Below, one piece after another: positions 7,642 to 16,821 of a stretch of DNA of 64,000 nt (its first letter is position 1; each line of letters starts with the position of its first letter). A program made the position numbers and the translations under genes. Under the pieces are notes generated by a model, which did no database searches, was not told the origin of the DNA, and saw only the letters and a program-made list of their open reading frames with translations. Where the stretch lies: NCBI GenBank assembly GCA_041488275.1, contig JBGPOY010000002.1, positions 80,872-144,871 of the forward strand. The letters are read 5' to 3'. Source of the stretch: Candidatus Nanoarchaeia archaeon (GTDB taxonomy: Archaea; Nanobdellota; Nanobdellia; Woesearchaeales; ARS49).

Positions 7642-8682
7642 TTACGGAGTGGGAGTTGCGGGTTTTAAAGGTTGCTTCAGGTGATGGTCAATCGCGGCGA
7701 CGAGTTCTTTCACGCCGGTTTCTTTTTCTGCGGAGACGAGCATCAGGTTTTGGGTGTGTTCGCTCGCCTGCTCGATTTGCTGCGTCGTGGCGGCGTCGGC
7801 TTTGTTCACGACGACAATGACGGGCACTTGCAATGTTTTCGCGACTTCCTTGAGCAGGTTTTTCTGGGCGTCCAAGGGGTAGCCGCAGAATTCGGTCGGG
7901 TCCAGCACGAAGAGGACGAGTTTCGCGAGATACTTCAGTGCGAGCGCGGCTTGCTTTTCGATGTTGTTGCGTTTGACGATGGGGCGGTCGAGGATGCCAG
8001 GAGTATCGACGAACTGCCACTTGGTCGTGCCGTGCGGGCGGTAGCCGAGCATCATTTGTTTGGTGGTGAAGGGATAGTCCGCGATTTCGGGAGCGCTGCC
8101 CGTGAGCGCGCGCAGGAGCGTGGACTTGCCGACGTTCGGGTAGCCCGCGATGACGATGGTGGGAATGGATGTTTTCAGCGTGGGCAGGACTTTCAGTGCT
8201 TTACGCGCGTCGTCGAGAATGACGAAGTCATTTTTGAGTTGCTTGACGATGGAGGAGATTCTGCCGTAGAACGACCGCTTGTGCCGCAGGAGAGCCGATT
8301 CGTCTGCGCTGTTGCGGAGCTTCTGGTTGTACTCGCGGAAAATCGTGTCGATGCGCTCGACGCCCCAGTTGATGCCGCCCAAGCTCTGCTTGACCTGTCC
8401 GACGTCGACGACGCACTTGGCGAGTTCGCGGTAGAACGGGTCGACGCGGTCCATGCTCGGGTATTGCGTGAGGATGAGCATGAAGTGGCGGTTCAAGGCG
8501 TTGCGGACGGCGTTGATGGAGTCGAGTTCCTTGCGTTGGAGGCGTTGGAACGAGTTGCCTTTCAGCGTTTTCATCGTCTCGGCGGCGTGTTCCTTTGCCT
8601 GATGGAACGCGATGTCGAGGTACGTCTGCGCGGTTTCGACCTTGCCGAGCTTTCCGAAGTTCATATCCGTCTGGAGCACCAT
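7642..8682 (-). CDS. NOG1 family GTP-binding protein
   Basis: N-terminal helical NOG1 domain (DPFYREL). G1 AGYPNVGKST, switch YPFTTK, G3 DTPGILDR, G4 NKAD. Start at 8682 or 8664. Confidence 0.92.
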   Translation of the reverse strand: MVLQTDMNFGKLGKVETAQTYLDIAFHQAKEHAAETMKTLKGNSFQRLQRKELDSINAVRNALNRHFMLILTQYPSMDRVDPFYRELAKCVVDVGQVKQSLGGINWGVERIDTIFREYNQKLRNSADESALLRHKRSFYGRISSIVKQLKNDFVILDDARKALKVLPTLKTSIPTIVIAGYPNVGKSTLLRALTGSAPEIADYPFTTKQMMLGYRPHGTTKWQFVDTPGILDRPIVKRNNIEKQAALALKYLAKLVLFVLDPTEFCGYPLDAQKNLLKEVAKTLQVPVIVVVNKADAATTQQIEQASEHTQNLMLVSAEKETGVKELVAAIDHHLKQPLKPATPTP

Positions 8683-8733
8683 AATCCTTTTAAATGCTCT
8701 CCTTCCGTCGCCACTTAGACAAATAAGGTGATT

Positions 8734-9813
8734 ATGGCAACAAAATATAGTGCAAGTCTTGACGTGGGCGAGGAACTCGACAACGAGTCGCCCAAGAAGA
8801 AGCGGCAACCGCTGATTGACGATTCTGAGCCTGAACAGGATAAGCCTTCTCTTGAGGATGATTTCAACGACTTGATTCGCAGGGAGTTGGGTGAAGAAGC
8901 GCCGAAGAAGCCGGTCAAGGCGGAAGCGGCTGTTGAAGCGCCTGTAATTAAGATTGAGCCAGTCAAGGAAGTTCCGAAGGTCGACAGACCGGTAAAACCA
9001 GTCAAGGAAATCAAGATTGAGAAGATTCAGAGCAAACCCACTCGTCCTGAACCGAAATTAGTAAAGGCGGAAACGCGCCCGATGCCGAAAGTCGAGGTCA
9101 AGCCCGAGCCCAAGAAGGTCGAGCAGCCGAAGCCGAAACCGGAACCGAAGAAAGTGGAAGTAAGAGTTGAAAAGAAGCCGGAAGTCAAGAAAGCAGAGCC
9201 GAAAGTCGAAAAAAAACCAACGCCCAAGGTCGAATCCAAGCGCGCAGAACAGAAGAAAACGGAATCCAAACGTGAACCGGGCTCGTGGTCGACGCGCTGG
9301 GCGATACTGATTGTCTTGATACTCATCGCAGGCGGTGCCGTGTACGCCGTCAACGCCTTGCGGAACGGCAAGGACGCGGCAGCTTTGGGCTGCGCAGCAG
9401 GATTTGTCGACCAAAAGAGCGGCGTGAGCGTGTCGTGGAACGACGCGAGCGCCGTTGAACGCTACTGGCTGCGCCAGGCGTTCGAGTCCGACAACGAATT
9501 GGACGCCGCGCGCATCGTGCACATGCTGGCCTGCGACCAGGCGTTCCTGAGCACGCTCTCAGACCCGAACGGGTATTCCTCGTGTCCGACGCCCGCGACG
9601 TACTTGATTGTGAACGAGCAGGCGCTCGCGGACAACCCCGTCGCCGCGCTCGACAACAGCAGCATGCTGACCAAGCTCGCGTCCGATGCGACGCTGAAAC
9701 AGTTCACGCTCGCGTACAAGCTTTCCGATCCTTCTGTTCGCGCGTGGAGCGTGTCCGTGACGGCGCCAATAAAGACAAATTCTACGAAGACCGCAAAGCC
9801 CGCAGTGCACTAA
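8734..9813 (+). CDS. Single-pass membrane protein: cytoplasmic K/P/E-rich low-complexity region and an external domain resembling a degenerate AglB/STT3 C-terminal core
   Basis: KPEPKKVE-type repeats, TM WAILIVLILIAGGAVYAV, then VSVSWNDAS..R...SDN...RIVHMLA...YLIV. The STT3 resemblance is an inference. Confidence 0.6.
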   Translation: MATKYSASLDVGEELDNESPKKKRQPLIDDSEPEQDKPSLEDDFNDLIRRELGEEAPKKPVKAEAAVEAPVIKIEPVKEVPKVDRPVKPVKEIKIEKIQSKPTRPEPKLVKAETRPMPKVEVKPEPKKVEQPKPKPEPKKVEVRVEKKPEVKKAEPKVEKKPTPKVESKRAEQKKTESKREPGSWSTRWAILIVLILIAGGAVYAVNALRNGKDAAALGCAAGFVDQKSGVSVSWNDASAVERYWLRQAFESDNELDAARIVHMLACDQAFLSTLSDPNGYSSCPTPATYLIVNEQALADNPVAALDNSSMLTKLASDATLKQFTLAYKLSDPSVRAWSVSVTAPIKTNSTKTAKPAVH

Positions 9814-9965
9814 GCAGTTCTCGTCGTTTCCGGCACGCAGGCAGTCTGGTCGTTCGTTGTCCAAGTCAAACCTACGCTACGACAATACTGCAGGGGTTGC
9901 ACTCGCGGAGAGCTCAACGAGGCATCAAGATTTAAAAGCAGTAACGAATCTCATCCTCACAAAAA

Positions 9966-10919
9966 ATGGTGCTCGCTGACCTCGGACTGTTCCTGCTCTC
10001 CAGCATCGCGCTCGTTGTTTTCGGCGCGATTCTCGTCCGCACGATGCTGCGCGTGGCGCAGTTCCTTCGCCTGAGCGAGTTCTTGGTCGCGTTCTTCATC
10101 ATGTCCATCGCGACGTCGCTGCCGGAGCTGTTCATCGGCATCCGTTCGGCGATGGCGGGCAACCCGTCGCTTGCGCTGGGAAACGTGATTGGGAGTATGA
10201 TTGCGGACCTGTCGCTCGTCGCGGGAATTGTCATCCTGCTCGCGCGCAAGGTCGAGATTAAGGAGAAACAACTGAAACGTGATTTGTGGCTGATGGTATT
10301 AATCGCCGTGTTGCCGCTCATCTTGATGGCTATCGGCGGCGAACTGTCACGCTTTGACGGCATTATTCTCTTGGCGTGCTACGTCGGCTACCTGACGTGG
10401 CTGTACATCGAACGCCACGACCACAAAACAGTGGGCGACCACGTCAGCAAACTGGAAGCGGTGCTGGACGTCATGCTGTTCTGCGGCGCGGGCGTCGCGC
10501 TGTTCTTTTCGGCGGAAGGCGTCGTTCTCGCGAGCACGAAGCTTGCCATTTCCCTTGATTTGCCGTCTATCTTGATTGGACTGATTTTTGTCGCGATAGG
10601 GACGTCGTTGCCGGAACTCGTGTTCGGAACTCGAGCGGTGCTCGCGCGGCATCCCCAATTGGCAATCGGCGATTTGGTCGGCGCGACCGTTGTGAACGCG
10701 CTGCTCGTGCTCGGCGTCACCGCAGTGATTACGCCGATTACGACGAGCATCGTGCTGTTTTTCACGAGCGCCGTATTTTTGGTATTCCTGCTCGTGATGT
10801 TCGCCACGATGGCGAGCAGACATCAGGGTTTTTCGTGGGAAGAAGGCGTCGTGCTGATTTTGTTTTACGTCCTGTTCCTGATTATTGAGCTGAATGTCAA
10901 GGAGTTCTTCATCAAATGA
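9966..10919 (+). CDS. Ca2+/cation antiporter (CaCA family, YrbG/NCKX-like)
   Basis: Two alpha repeats, IATSLPEL..GNVIGS and IGTSLPEL..GDLVGA, with about 10 TM segments. Confidence 0.92.
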   Translation: MVLADLGLFLLSSIALVVFGAILVRTMLRVAQFLRLSEFLVAFFIMSIATSLPELFIGIRSAMAGNPSLALGNVIGSMIADLSLVAGIVILLARKVEIKEKQLKRDLWLMVLIAVLPLILMAIGGELSRFDGIILLACYVGYLTWLYIERHDHKTVGDHVSKLEAVLDVMLFCGAGVALFFSAEGVVLASTKLAISLDLPSILIGLIFVAIGTSLPELVFGTRAVLARHPQLAIGDLVGATVVNALLVLGVTAVITPITTSIVLFFTSAVFLVFLLVMFATMASRHQGFSWEEGVVLILFYVLFLIIELNVKEFFIK

Positions 10920-12223
10920 GGTTTATTGCGGATTTGCACCTGCACGGCAAGTACGCGCGGGCGACGTCGAAAGACTTGACCCTGCCGATGCTCGAGAAGT
11001 ATGGTCGCATCAAGGGTTTGGATATTTTGGGAACAGGCGACTTTCAGCATCCGGAGTGGAACGCGCACCTGAAAGAGTCTCTGACCGAGATTTCCGGCAC
11101 AGGAATTTATCAAACGACTGGCGGGCAGAAATTTATGTTGCAAAGCGAGATTTCTTTGGTGTTTACGCAGGGCGGCAAAGGACGCCGCGTACATCTGGTC
11201 GTGCTTGCTCCTAATTTTGCTGTTGTTGACCACATCACCGCGGCGTTGAAACGCCGCGGGCGCGTGGATTACGACGGGCGCCCGATTTTCGGCATGAGCT
11301 GCGTTGAGTTTGTCGACATGATGCACTCTATCAGTCCTGATATTGAGATTATTCCTGCCCATGCGTGGACGCCGTGGTTCGGCGTGTTCGGCTCGAAAAG
11401 CGGGTTTGATTCATTGCAGGATTGTTTTTTGGACAAAACGAACAAGATTCACGCGATTGAGACAGGGTTGAGTTCGGACCCGCCGATGAACTGGCGCTTG
11501 TCGCAGCTCGATAAGGTGCAGCTGATTTCCACGTCGGACAGTCACTCGTTCTGGCCGTGGCGGATTGGTCGCGAGGCGACATTGTTTGACTTGAAGGAAG
11601 CGACGTATGATGGTATCTTGAAGGCGATTCGCACGGGCGAGCATTTGACGGGCACGATTGAAGTGAATCCGGCGTACGGCATCTATCATTATGACGGGCA
11701 CCGCGACTGCAAGGTGTCGTATTCTCCTGCCGAATCGAAAGCGCACAAGGGAATTTGTTCCAAATGCGGGAAACCGGTGACGGTCGGCGTGGCTGCGCGT
11801 GCTGAGGAGTTGGCGGATAGAGCGGAAGGGTACACGCCGAAGAACCCGAAGTATTATGTGGATTTAATTCCGCTGTCCGAATTGATTGCGGGGACTTTAG
11901 GAGTGGGTTTGGCGACGAAGAAAACGTGGGCGGAATTCAACAAGCTGATTGACGCGTTTGGGAATGAGTTCCGGATTTTGCTGGATGCTTCTGAAGCTGA
12001 GCTGAAGAAAGTTGTTTCTTCGGAGTTAACGGACGTGATTTTGAAGAACCGCTTGCAGCAGATTACCGTGACGCCGGGCTACGACGGTCTTTACGGCGTG
12101 CCGATGATTGGGAATCGGGTGCTGGAAGTGACTCCCGAAGGCGAGCACGCGCCGCACGGAACGCAGGCGGCGCAGACGGAAAGAAGTGTGAAGAAACAGA
12201 CAGGATTGGACCGCTGGACTTAG
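10916..12223 (+). CDS. Endonuclease Q family protein (PHP domain, TIGR00375-like)
   Basis: ADLHLHGKYARATS, GTGDFQHP, PAHAWTPWFG, IETGLSSDPPMNW, SDSHS, Zn-ribbon CxxC, and PGYDGLYG. Confidence 0.9.
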   Translation: MRFIADLHLHGKYARATSKDLTLPMLEKYGRIKGLDILGTGDFQHPEWNAHLKESLTEISGTGIYQTTGGQKFMLQSEISLVFTQGGKGRRVHLVVLAPNFAVVDHITAALKRRGRVDYDGRPIFGMSCVEFVDMMHSISPDIEIIPAHAWTPWFGVFGSKSGFDSLQDCFLDKTNKIHAIETGLSSDPPMNWRLSQLDKVQLISTSDSHSFWPWRIGREATLFDLKEATYDGILKAIRTGEHLTGTIEVNPAYGIYHYDGHRDCKVSYSPAESKAHKGICSKCGKPVTVGVAARAEELADRAEGYTPKNPKYYVDLIPLSELIAGTLGVGLATKKTWAEFNKLIDAFGNEFRILLDASEAELKKVVSSELTDVILKNRLQQITVTPGYDGLYGVPMIGNRVLEVTPEGEHAPHGTQAAQTERSVKKQTGLDRWT

Positions 12224-12519
12224 AATCTGCAGGCGGTTTTCTCAGGAGTGTTCATCCGGTAGTTCCTGATGTCTTCCTGCGTCGCGTAGCGGATGAATTC
12301 GATGATGCGCTTGTCGAGCGAAGGAATCGCCGCGATGCGGTACACGAACTGGTCGCCCGGTTTCAGGTCCTGAGGCGCGTCCTTGCGCTTCAGAAAGCCG
12401 GTGCCGTTGTAGATGCGGACGCAGAACGAATTGCCGCGCGCCAACTGGATAACGGTTCCGACGGTGACGGGTCCTTCGTAGGTTGCGACCTTCAGAGTTG
12501 ATTCAAGAGATTCTTTCAT
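12220..12519 (-). CDS. Small hypothetical protein, possible S1/OB-fold
   Basis: GTVIQLARGNSFCVRIYNGTGFL...LKPGDQFVYRI...KRII follows the S1 beta-strand pattern. Confidence 0.45.
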   Translation of the reverse strand: MKESLESTLKVATYEGPVTVGTVIQLARGNSFCVRIYNGTGFLKRKDAPQDLKPGDQFVYRIAAIPSLDKRIIEFIRYATQEDIRNYRMNTPEKTACRF

Positions 12520-12594
12520 CTTCGCTCACAATCGTGCGCCCCTCGGACGGTTTAAAAAGCTTGTGGTCAAGCCTGGGAAGAATTGCCTTCGGTG

Positions 12595-12825
12595 TTACTT
12601 CAACGCATTTTCCAAGTCGTCGCGCGTCAAGCCCGCCTGCTTCAGAATGCTCAGCAGGGTTCCTTTCGCAAGCTCGGAATGCTGCGGAACGACCGGTTTG
12701 CGCTTGACGCCGTCGCGCTCGCCGAACAGGATGACGTGGCTTCCGGTCTGGTCGAGGACCTTGAATCCGAACTGGTTGCAGAGCAGTTTGACGACTTCCT
12801 TGCCGGAAAGAACGGGTAATTTCAT
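12595..12825 (-). CDS. hicA: HicA family toxin (mRNA interferase)
   Basis: LPVLSGKEVVKLL...GF..QTGSHVIL...VVPQHSELAKGTLLSILKQAGL, with the conserved GSH motif. Confidence 0.93.
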   Translation of the reverse strand: MKLPVLSGKEVVKLLCNQFGFKVLDQTGSHVILFGERDGVKRKPVVPQHSELAKGTLLSILKQAGLTRDDLENALK

Positions 12826-13040
12826 GCCGCGACGATTTGCGTCACGATGGGAGAACTCGCGTCTTTGAAAACGTCACGCTCATCGGCGTCCGCGTGCTTG
12901 AGCCACAGCTCAAACGCTTCCTTGAGGTTCTTCAGCGCTTCCTCAACGGTCTTGCCTTGGCTTGCGAGCTCAATCTCGACGCCGCGGGCGACAAAGAATT
13001 TCGCTTCTTTTGAAATGACTGCGGAAAGACGGTATTCCAT
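12822..13040 (-). CDS. hicB: HicB family antitoxin (short form)
   Basis: AVISKEAKFFVA...ASQGKTVEEALKNLKEAFELWL. ATGA-coupled to hicA; start at 13040. Confidence 0.9.
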   Translation of the reverse strand: MEYRLSAVISKEAKFFVARGVEIELASQGKTVEEALKNLKEAFELWLKHADADERDVFKDASSPIVTQIVAA

Positions 13041-13095
13041 GCGTTCTTTTAATGAATGTTTGTTTAAATAAGTATCGCTGAAAACAGCGGAATGA

Positions 13096-13938
13096 TTAGA
13101 ATTTCCTAAACAAATCCTGAACGCCCTTGATGTGCTTTTTCTCAACCAAGGCGATGTAGAGGAGCGTGTAGTAGGTGGAGTTGACGAACGAGCCCAGGAT
13201 GCTCAGCGTGAGGATGACGAGCAGGAGCAGGATTGCCGTGAAAATCAAGGCGCCGATGCCCAAGACCGGGTAGAGCACGAACGCGATTCCGGCGAGGACG
13301 ATGAGTGACGCGAAAAAAACCAAGCTCGTGAGCGGTCCGATGCCGAACTCGAACGCCAGCACTTCCGGCCACGTCTTTGCCGAGTTCTGCAAGTCCTTGA
13401 CCGCTTCTCCGAACGTCTTTTCGGTGACAATCATCGCGGGAAGGACTAATTTGCCGATGATGCTGGTGAGCGTTTCCAACGTGTTTGCCAAGACTCCGCG
13501 AATCATGGACGTGACGTCGAAGCCGTTTCTCCGTCTGCCGCGCAGCGCGGCGGCGAGGAGCTTGATGCCGACCATCGTGAGCGTGAACAGGATGACGTCG
13601 CCGAGGTTGTGCCACGCGCGCTTCAGTCCCGAGGCGAGCGCCGTGTCTTTTCCTTTCGCGACTTCAAAGACCATCCAGCTTTGCGTTGCCGCCATGAACG
13701 TGTTGACGAACGTCATCACGAGCAGGAAGACGACGATGAAGATGAACTGCGCAATACCCTGCCGGAAACCCACCGACGCCCACATCAGCACGCCGATTAC
13801 TGCGGCAATCCCGAGCGCAACGATGTTGACGACCGGCAACAAGAGCGGAACAGCGAGGAGACTCTTGTCTCTTTTGAGAAACGCAAGCGACGTTTTGAAC
13901 AAAATCCACGAATTGCGGAGACGGTCGAAGATGCCCAT
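13096..13938 (-). CDS. Polytopic membrane protein, DUF6159-like
   Basis: MGIFDRLRNSWILFKTSLAFLKRDKSLL start, hydrophobic helices, and ALYIALV-type C-terminus. Confidence 0.65.
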   Translation of the reverse strand: MGIFDRLRNSWILFKTSLAFLKRDKSLLAVPLLLPVVNIVALGIAAVIGVLMWASVGFRQGIAQFIFIVVFLLVMTFVNTFMAATQSWMVFEVAKGKDTALASGLKRAWHNLGDVILFTLTMVGIKLLAAALRGRRRNGFDVTSMIRGVLANTLETLTSIIGKLVLPAMIVTEKTFGEAVKDLQNSAKTWPEVLAFEFGIGPLTSLVFFASLIVLAGIAFVLYPVLGIGALIFTAILLLLVILTLSILGSFVNSTYYTLLYIALVEKKHIKGVQDLFRKF

Positions 13939-14067
13939 GCAAGGCCGTGAGAAGTTCGTATTTATAATACTTCATCCGCAACCTTTTTAAAGCCCCCTTC
14001 TCCTTTCGCGTGTGGAACAGAGAAAAGTGCGATACGCTCCTTTTCTCATCCGTAGGGATGGGGTTAT

Positions 14068-14415
14068 ATGCAGAAACTGAAGCCAGTCATGCCCAGTTTG
14101 CGGGAAAAGAAACGCTATGTGGCGTTCGAGATACTCTCCAACGCGAAGCTGGACGTTCACGCGGTTGCGAAAGCAGTATGGAGTGCAGTCTTGCAGTTCA
14201 CGGGCGAGCTCGGCGCCTCAAAGATGGGCCTCATCGTTCTCACGGACTTGTACAACCGCACCAAGCAAAAAGGCATTGTCAGAGTCGCGCACACCGGTCT
14301 TGACGCAGTGAGAGCATCCTTCACGTTCATCACAACCATTGACGGACACCCTGTCACCGTAAGAAGCATCGCAGCAAGTGGCAGTATCACCAAAGCAAAG
14401 GACGCAATCCAATGA
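14068..14415 (+). CDS. rnp2: Ribonuclease P protein component 2 (Pop5/Rpp14 family)
   Basis: PSLREKKRYVAFEI, GELGASK, GIVRV..VRASF, SGSITKAK. Lies upstream of psmA, as in the archaeal superoperon. Confidence 0.92.
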   Translation: MQKLKPVMPSLREKKRYVAFEILSNAKLDVHAVAKAVWSAVLQFTGELGASKMGLIVLTDLYNRTKQKGIVRVAHTGLDAVRASFTFITTIDGHPVTVRSIAASGSITKAKDAIQ

Positions 14416-14594
14416 CTCTTTCATTCACCGCAAATCATAACCGCATCACCATCTACGACCACGCGCAAGGACGTTACTTGAGACAGCACGAAGTAACAAG
14501 TTTGCTCAGGACGTACGACATGAAACGCTACACCACGTTCGTTCAATCAAAATTCAACAAATTCAGCAACGCACAATTCCCGCACACGAATTAA
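14412..14594 (+). CDS. 60-aa ORF of unknown function inside the operon
   Basis: ATGA overlap with the rnp2 stop. Its stop directly precedes the GGAGGA SD of psmA, so it fills the whole gap. Confidence 0.45.
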   Translation: MTLSFTANHNRITIYDHAQGRYLRQHEVTSLLRTYDMKRYTTFVQSKFNKFSNAQFPHTN

Positions 14595-14606
14595 GGAGGA
14601 AACACT

Positions 14607-15356
14607 ATGGCGAAGGAAGAGAATATGCAACCGATGCAGCACCAGATGATGGGCTACGACCGTGCTATCACGATGTTCAGCCCCGACGGACGTTTGCTGC
14701 AAGTGGAATACGCAAAGAAGACCGTTCGCCAAGGTTCAACGGCCATCGGCATGGTTTGCACGGACGGAGTCATCCTCGTCGCGGACAAAAGAATCGTTGA
14801 CAAATTGATTATCCCTGAATCAGTAGAAAAGATTTTCCAGATTGACGACCACATCGCGGCGACTGCGTCAGGAATCCTGAGCGACGCACGAGTTCTGATA
14901 GAACGCGCCCAAGTCAAGGCGCAGCAGCACCGCGTCACGTACGACACGAGCATTGACACAAGCACCGTCGTCAAGGACGTCGCTTCCTTGTGCCAAATCT
15001 GCACGCAGTCCGGCGGTCTCAGACCGTTCGGCGTTTCGTTAATCATCGCCGGCATCGACTCGGACGGTCCGAAACTGTTCGAGACCGACCCGACCGGAAT
15101 TTTCTTCCAGTTCAAGGCAACCGTCATCGGCGAGGGCGAGCCAGAAATCGAGGAAATCCTCGGCAAGGAATACCACGAGCGCCTCACGATGCAGGACGGT
15201 CTTTCCTTAGCGCTGAACGCGTTGAGCAAAGTCCTTGACAAGAACTTCAACGTCGAGCGCGTCGACGCCGCGTTCATCTCGAACAAGGAAAAGAAATTCA
15301 TGAAGTTCAAGCGCAGCGACTTGGAAAAGGCGCTGAAAGAAATGAAGAAGAAATAA
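14607..15356 (+). CDS. psmA: Proteasome subunit alpha
   Basis: GYDRAITMFSPDGRLLQVEYAKKTV, SGILSDARVL and RPFGVSLIIAG. Confidence 0.98.
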   Translation: MAKEENMQPMQHQMMGYDRAITMFSPDGRLLQVEYAKKTVRQGSTAIGMVCTDGVILVADKRIVDKLIIPESVEKIFQIDDHIAATASGILSDARVLIERAQVKAQQHRVTYDTSIDTSTVVKDVASLCQICTQSGGLRPFGVSLIIAGIDSDGPKLFETDPTGIFFQFKATVIGEGEPEIEEILGKEYHERLTMQDGLSLALNALSKVLDKNFNVERVDAAFISNKEKKFMKFKRSDLEKALKEMKKK

Positions 15357-15379
15357 TCACGGTAACCCAAGGTGAACTT

Positions 15380-16102
15380 ATGGAAACAGTGAACATGAAA
15401 GACAAAGACGTTGTCGTCCCCGGCGACATCGTCGCTACGGGAATGGGCTTCCTTCCCAGCAAGGGCACGTACCGCGACGGCGACAGAATCATCGCCAGTC
15501 AGCTCGGACTCTTGAGTATTGAGGGCAAAGTTTTGAAAGTCGTCCCGCTCGCGGGCAACTACAGCCCGAAAATCGGCGACCGCGTCATCGCCACCGTCAA
15601 TGACGTATTATTCTCAGGCTGGCGTGTCGACCTCTACGGTCCGTACAGCGCAGTCCTCGGCGTCAAGGACGCCACGAACGAATTCATCGGACGAGGAGCA
15701 AACCTTGCCGAGATTTTCGCGCTCAGCGACGTCATCGTGTGCAAAATCGTGAACGTCACGAGCCAGAAGCTCATTGACGTTTCGCTGAGAGGCCCGGGCT
15801 TGCGCAAGCTCAAGGGCGGCAGAATCCTCCAAGTCAACGCGATGAAAGTTCCGCGAATCATCGGCAAAGACGGCTCGATGATTAGCATGATCAAGCAGGC
15901 AACGGGCGTCAACCTCGTCGTCGGCATGAACGGCATCGTCTGGATGGACGGCACGCCGGAAGGAGAAGTCCTCGCCGTGGAAACGATTAAGAAAATCCAG
16001 TACGAGGCGCACCTCCCCGGATTGACGAATACCATCAAGGAATTCCTCGAAAAGCGCACCGGACTCAAGGTTGAGCCGCGCGCGATGCAGGAAGGTGAAT
16101 AA
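15380..16102 (+). CDS. rrp4: Exosome complex RNA-binding protein Rrp4
   Basis: VVVPGD N-terminal domain, S1 (YSPKIGDRVIA) and KH (KVPRIIGKDGSM..GMNGIVW). Confidence 0.96.
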   Translation: METVNMKDKDVVVPGDIVATGMGFLPSKGTYRDGDRIIASQLGLLSIEGKVLKVVPLAGNYSPKIGDRVIATVNDVLFSGWRVDLYGPYSAVLGVKDATNEFIGRGANLAEIFALSDVIVCKIVNVTSQKLIDVSLRGPGLRKLKGGRILQVNAMKVPRIIGKDGSMISMIKQATGVNLVVGMNGIVWMDGTPEGEVLAVETIKKIQYEAHLPGLTNTIKEFLEKRTGLKVEPRAMQEGE

Positions 16103-16104
16103 TC

Positions 16105-16821
16105 ATGGCATACGTAAAACGTTTTGACGGGCGCAAATTCGACGAAACTCGCCCTATCGTCGCCAAGGTCGGAGTCATCCCGCGAGCTGACGGCAGTGCA
16201 ATGTTCCAAATCGGCAACACGACCGCGTACGCGGCCGTGTACGGTCCGAGAAACTTGCACCCCAAGTTCATGCAGGACCCGAAAACCGGCATCCTGCGCT
16301 GCGAGTACAACATGCTTCCCTTCTCCGGTCACGGCGAACGCGTCCGTCCGGGCGGCGGTCGCCGAGCAAGAGAAATCGGCATGGTCACGGAAAGCGCCTT
16401 GAGACCCGTTCTCGATTTGAAAGAATACCCGAATGCGGTCGTGGACGTCTACATCGACCTTCCGCAGACGGACGCCGGAACGCGCTGCGCAGGCATCACG
16501 GCAGCCGCGATGGCGCTCGCCGACGCGGGCATCGAGATGAAAGAGCTCGTCGCCGCAGTCGCGATCGGTAACGTTCAAGGAAGCATTGTCGCAGACTTGA
16601 CGTACGCCGAAGAGCAGAACAAGACCTCAACCGAAGGAGTGGCAGACACGCCGGTAGCGTTCCTGCCTCTCTCAGGCAAGGTCACGCTGCTCCAGATGGA
16701 CGGTCCCACCACGCGCGAACAACTCAAGAAATCGCTCCACCTCGGACGCGACGTGTGCAAAAAAATCGTCGAAATCCAGAAACAGGCGCTCCGCGCAAAG
16801 TACACAGGTGAATCCCAATGA
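16105..16821 (+). CDS. rrp41: Exosome complex exonuclease Rrp41
   Basis: RFDGRKFDETRP, ADGSA..GNT..AAVYGPR and DAGTRCAGI (RNase PH fold). Confidence 0.96.
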   Translation: MAYVKRFDGRKFDETRPIVAKVGVIPRADGSAMFQIGNTTAYAAVYGPRNLHPKFMQDPKTGILRCEYNMLPFSGHGERVRPGGGRRAREIGMVTESALRPVLDLKEYPNAVVDVYIDLPQTDAGTRCAGITAAAMALADAGIEMKELVAAVAIGNVQGSIVADLTYAEEQNKTSTEGVADTPVAFLPLSGKVTLLQMDGPTTREQLKKSLHLGRDVCKKIVEIQKQALRAKYTGESQ

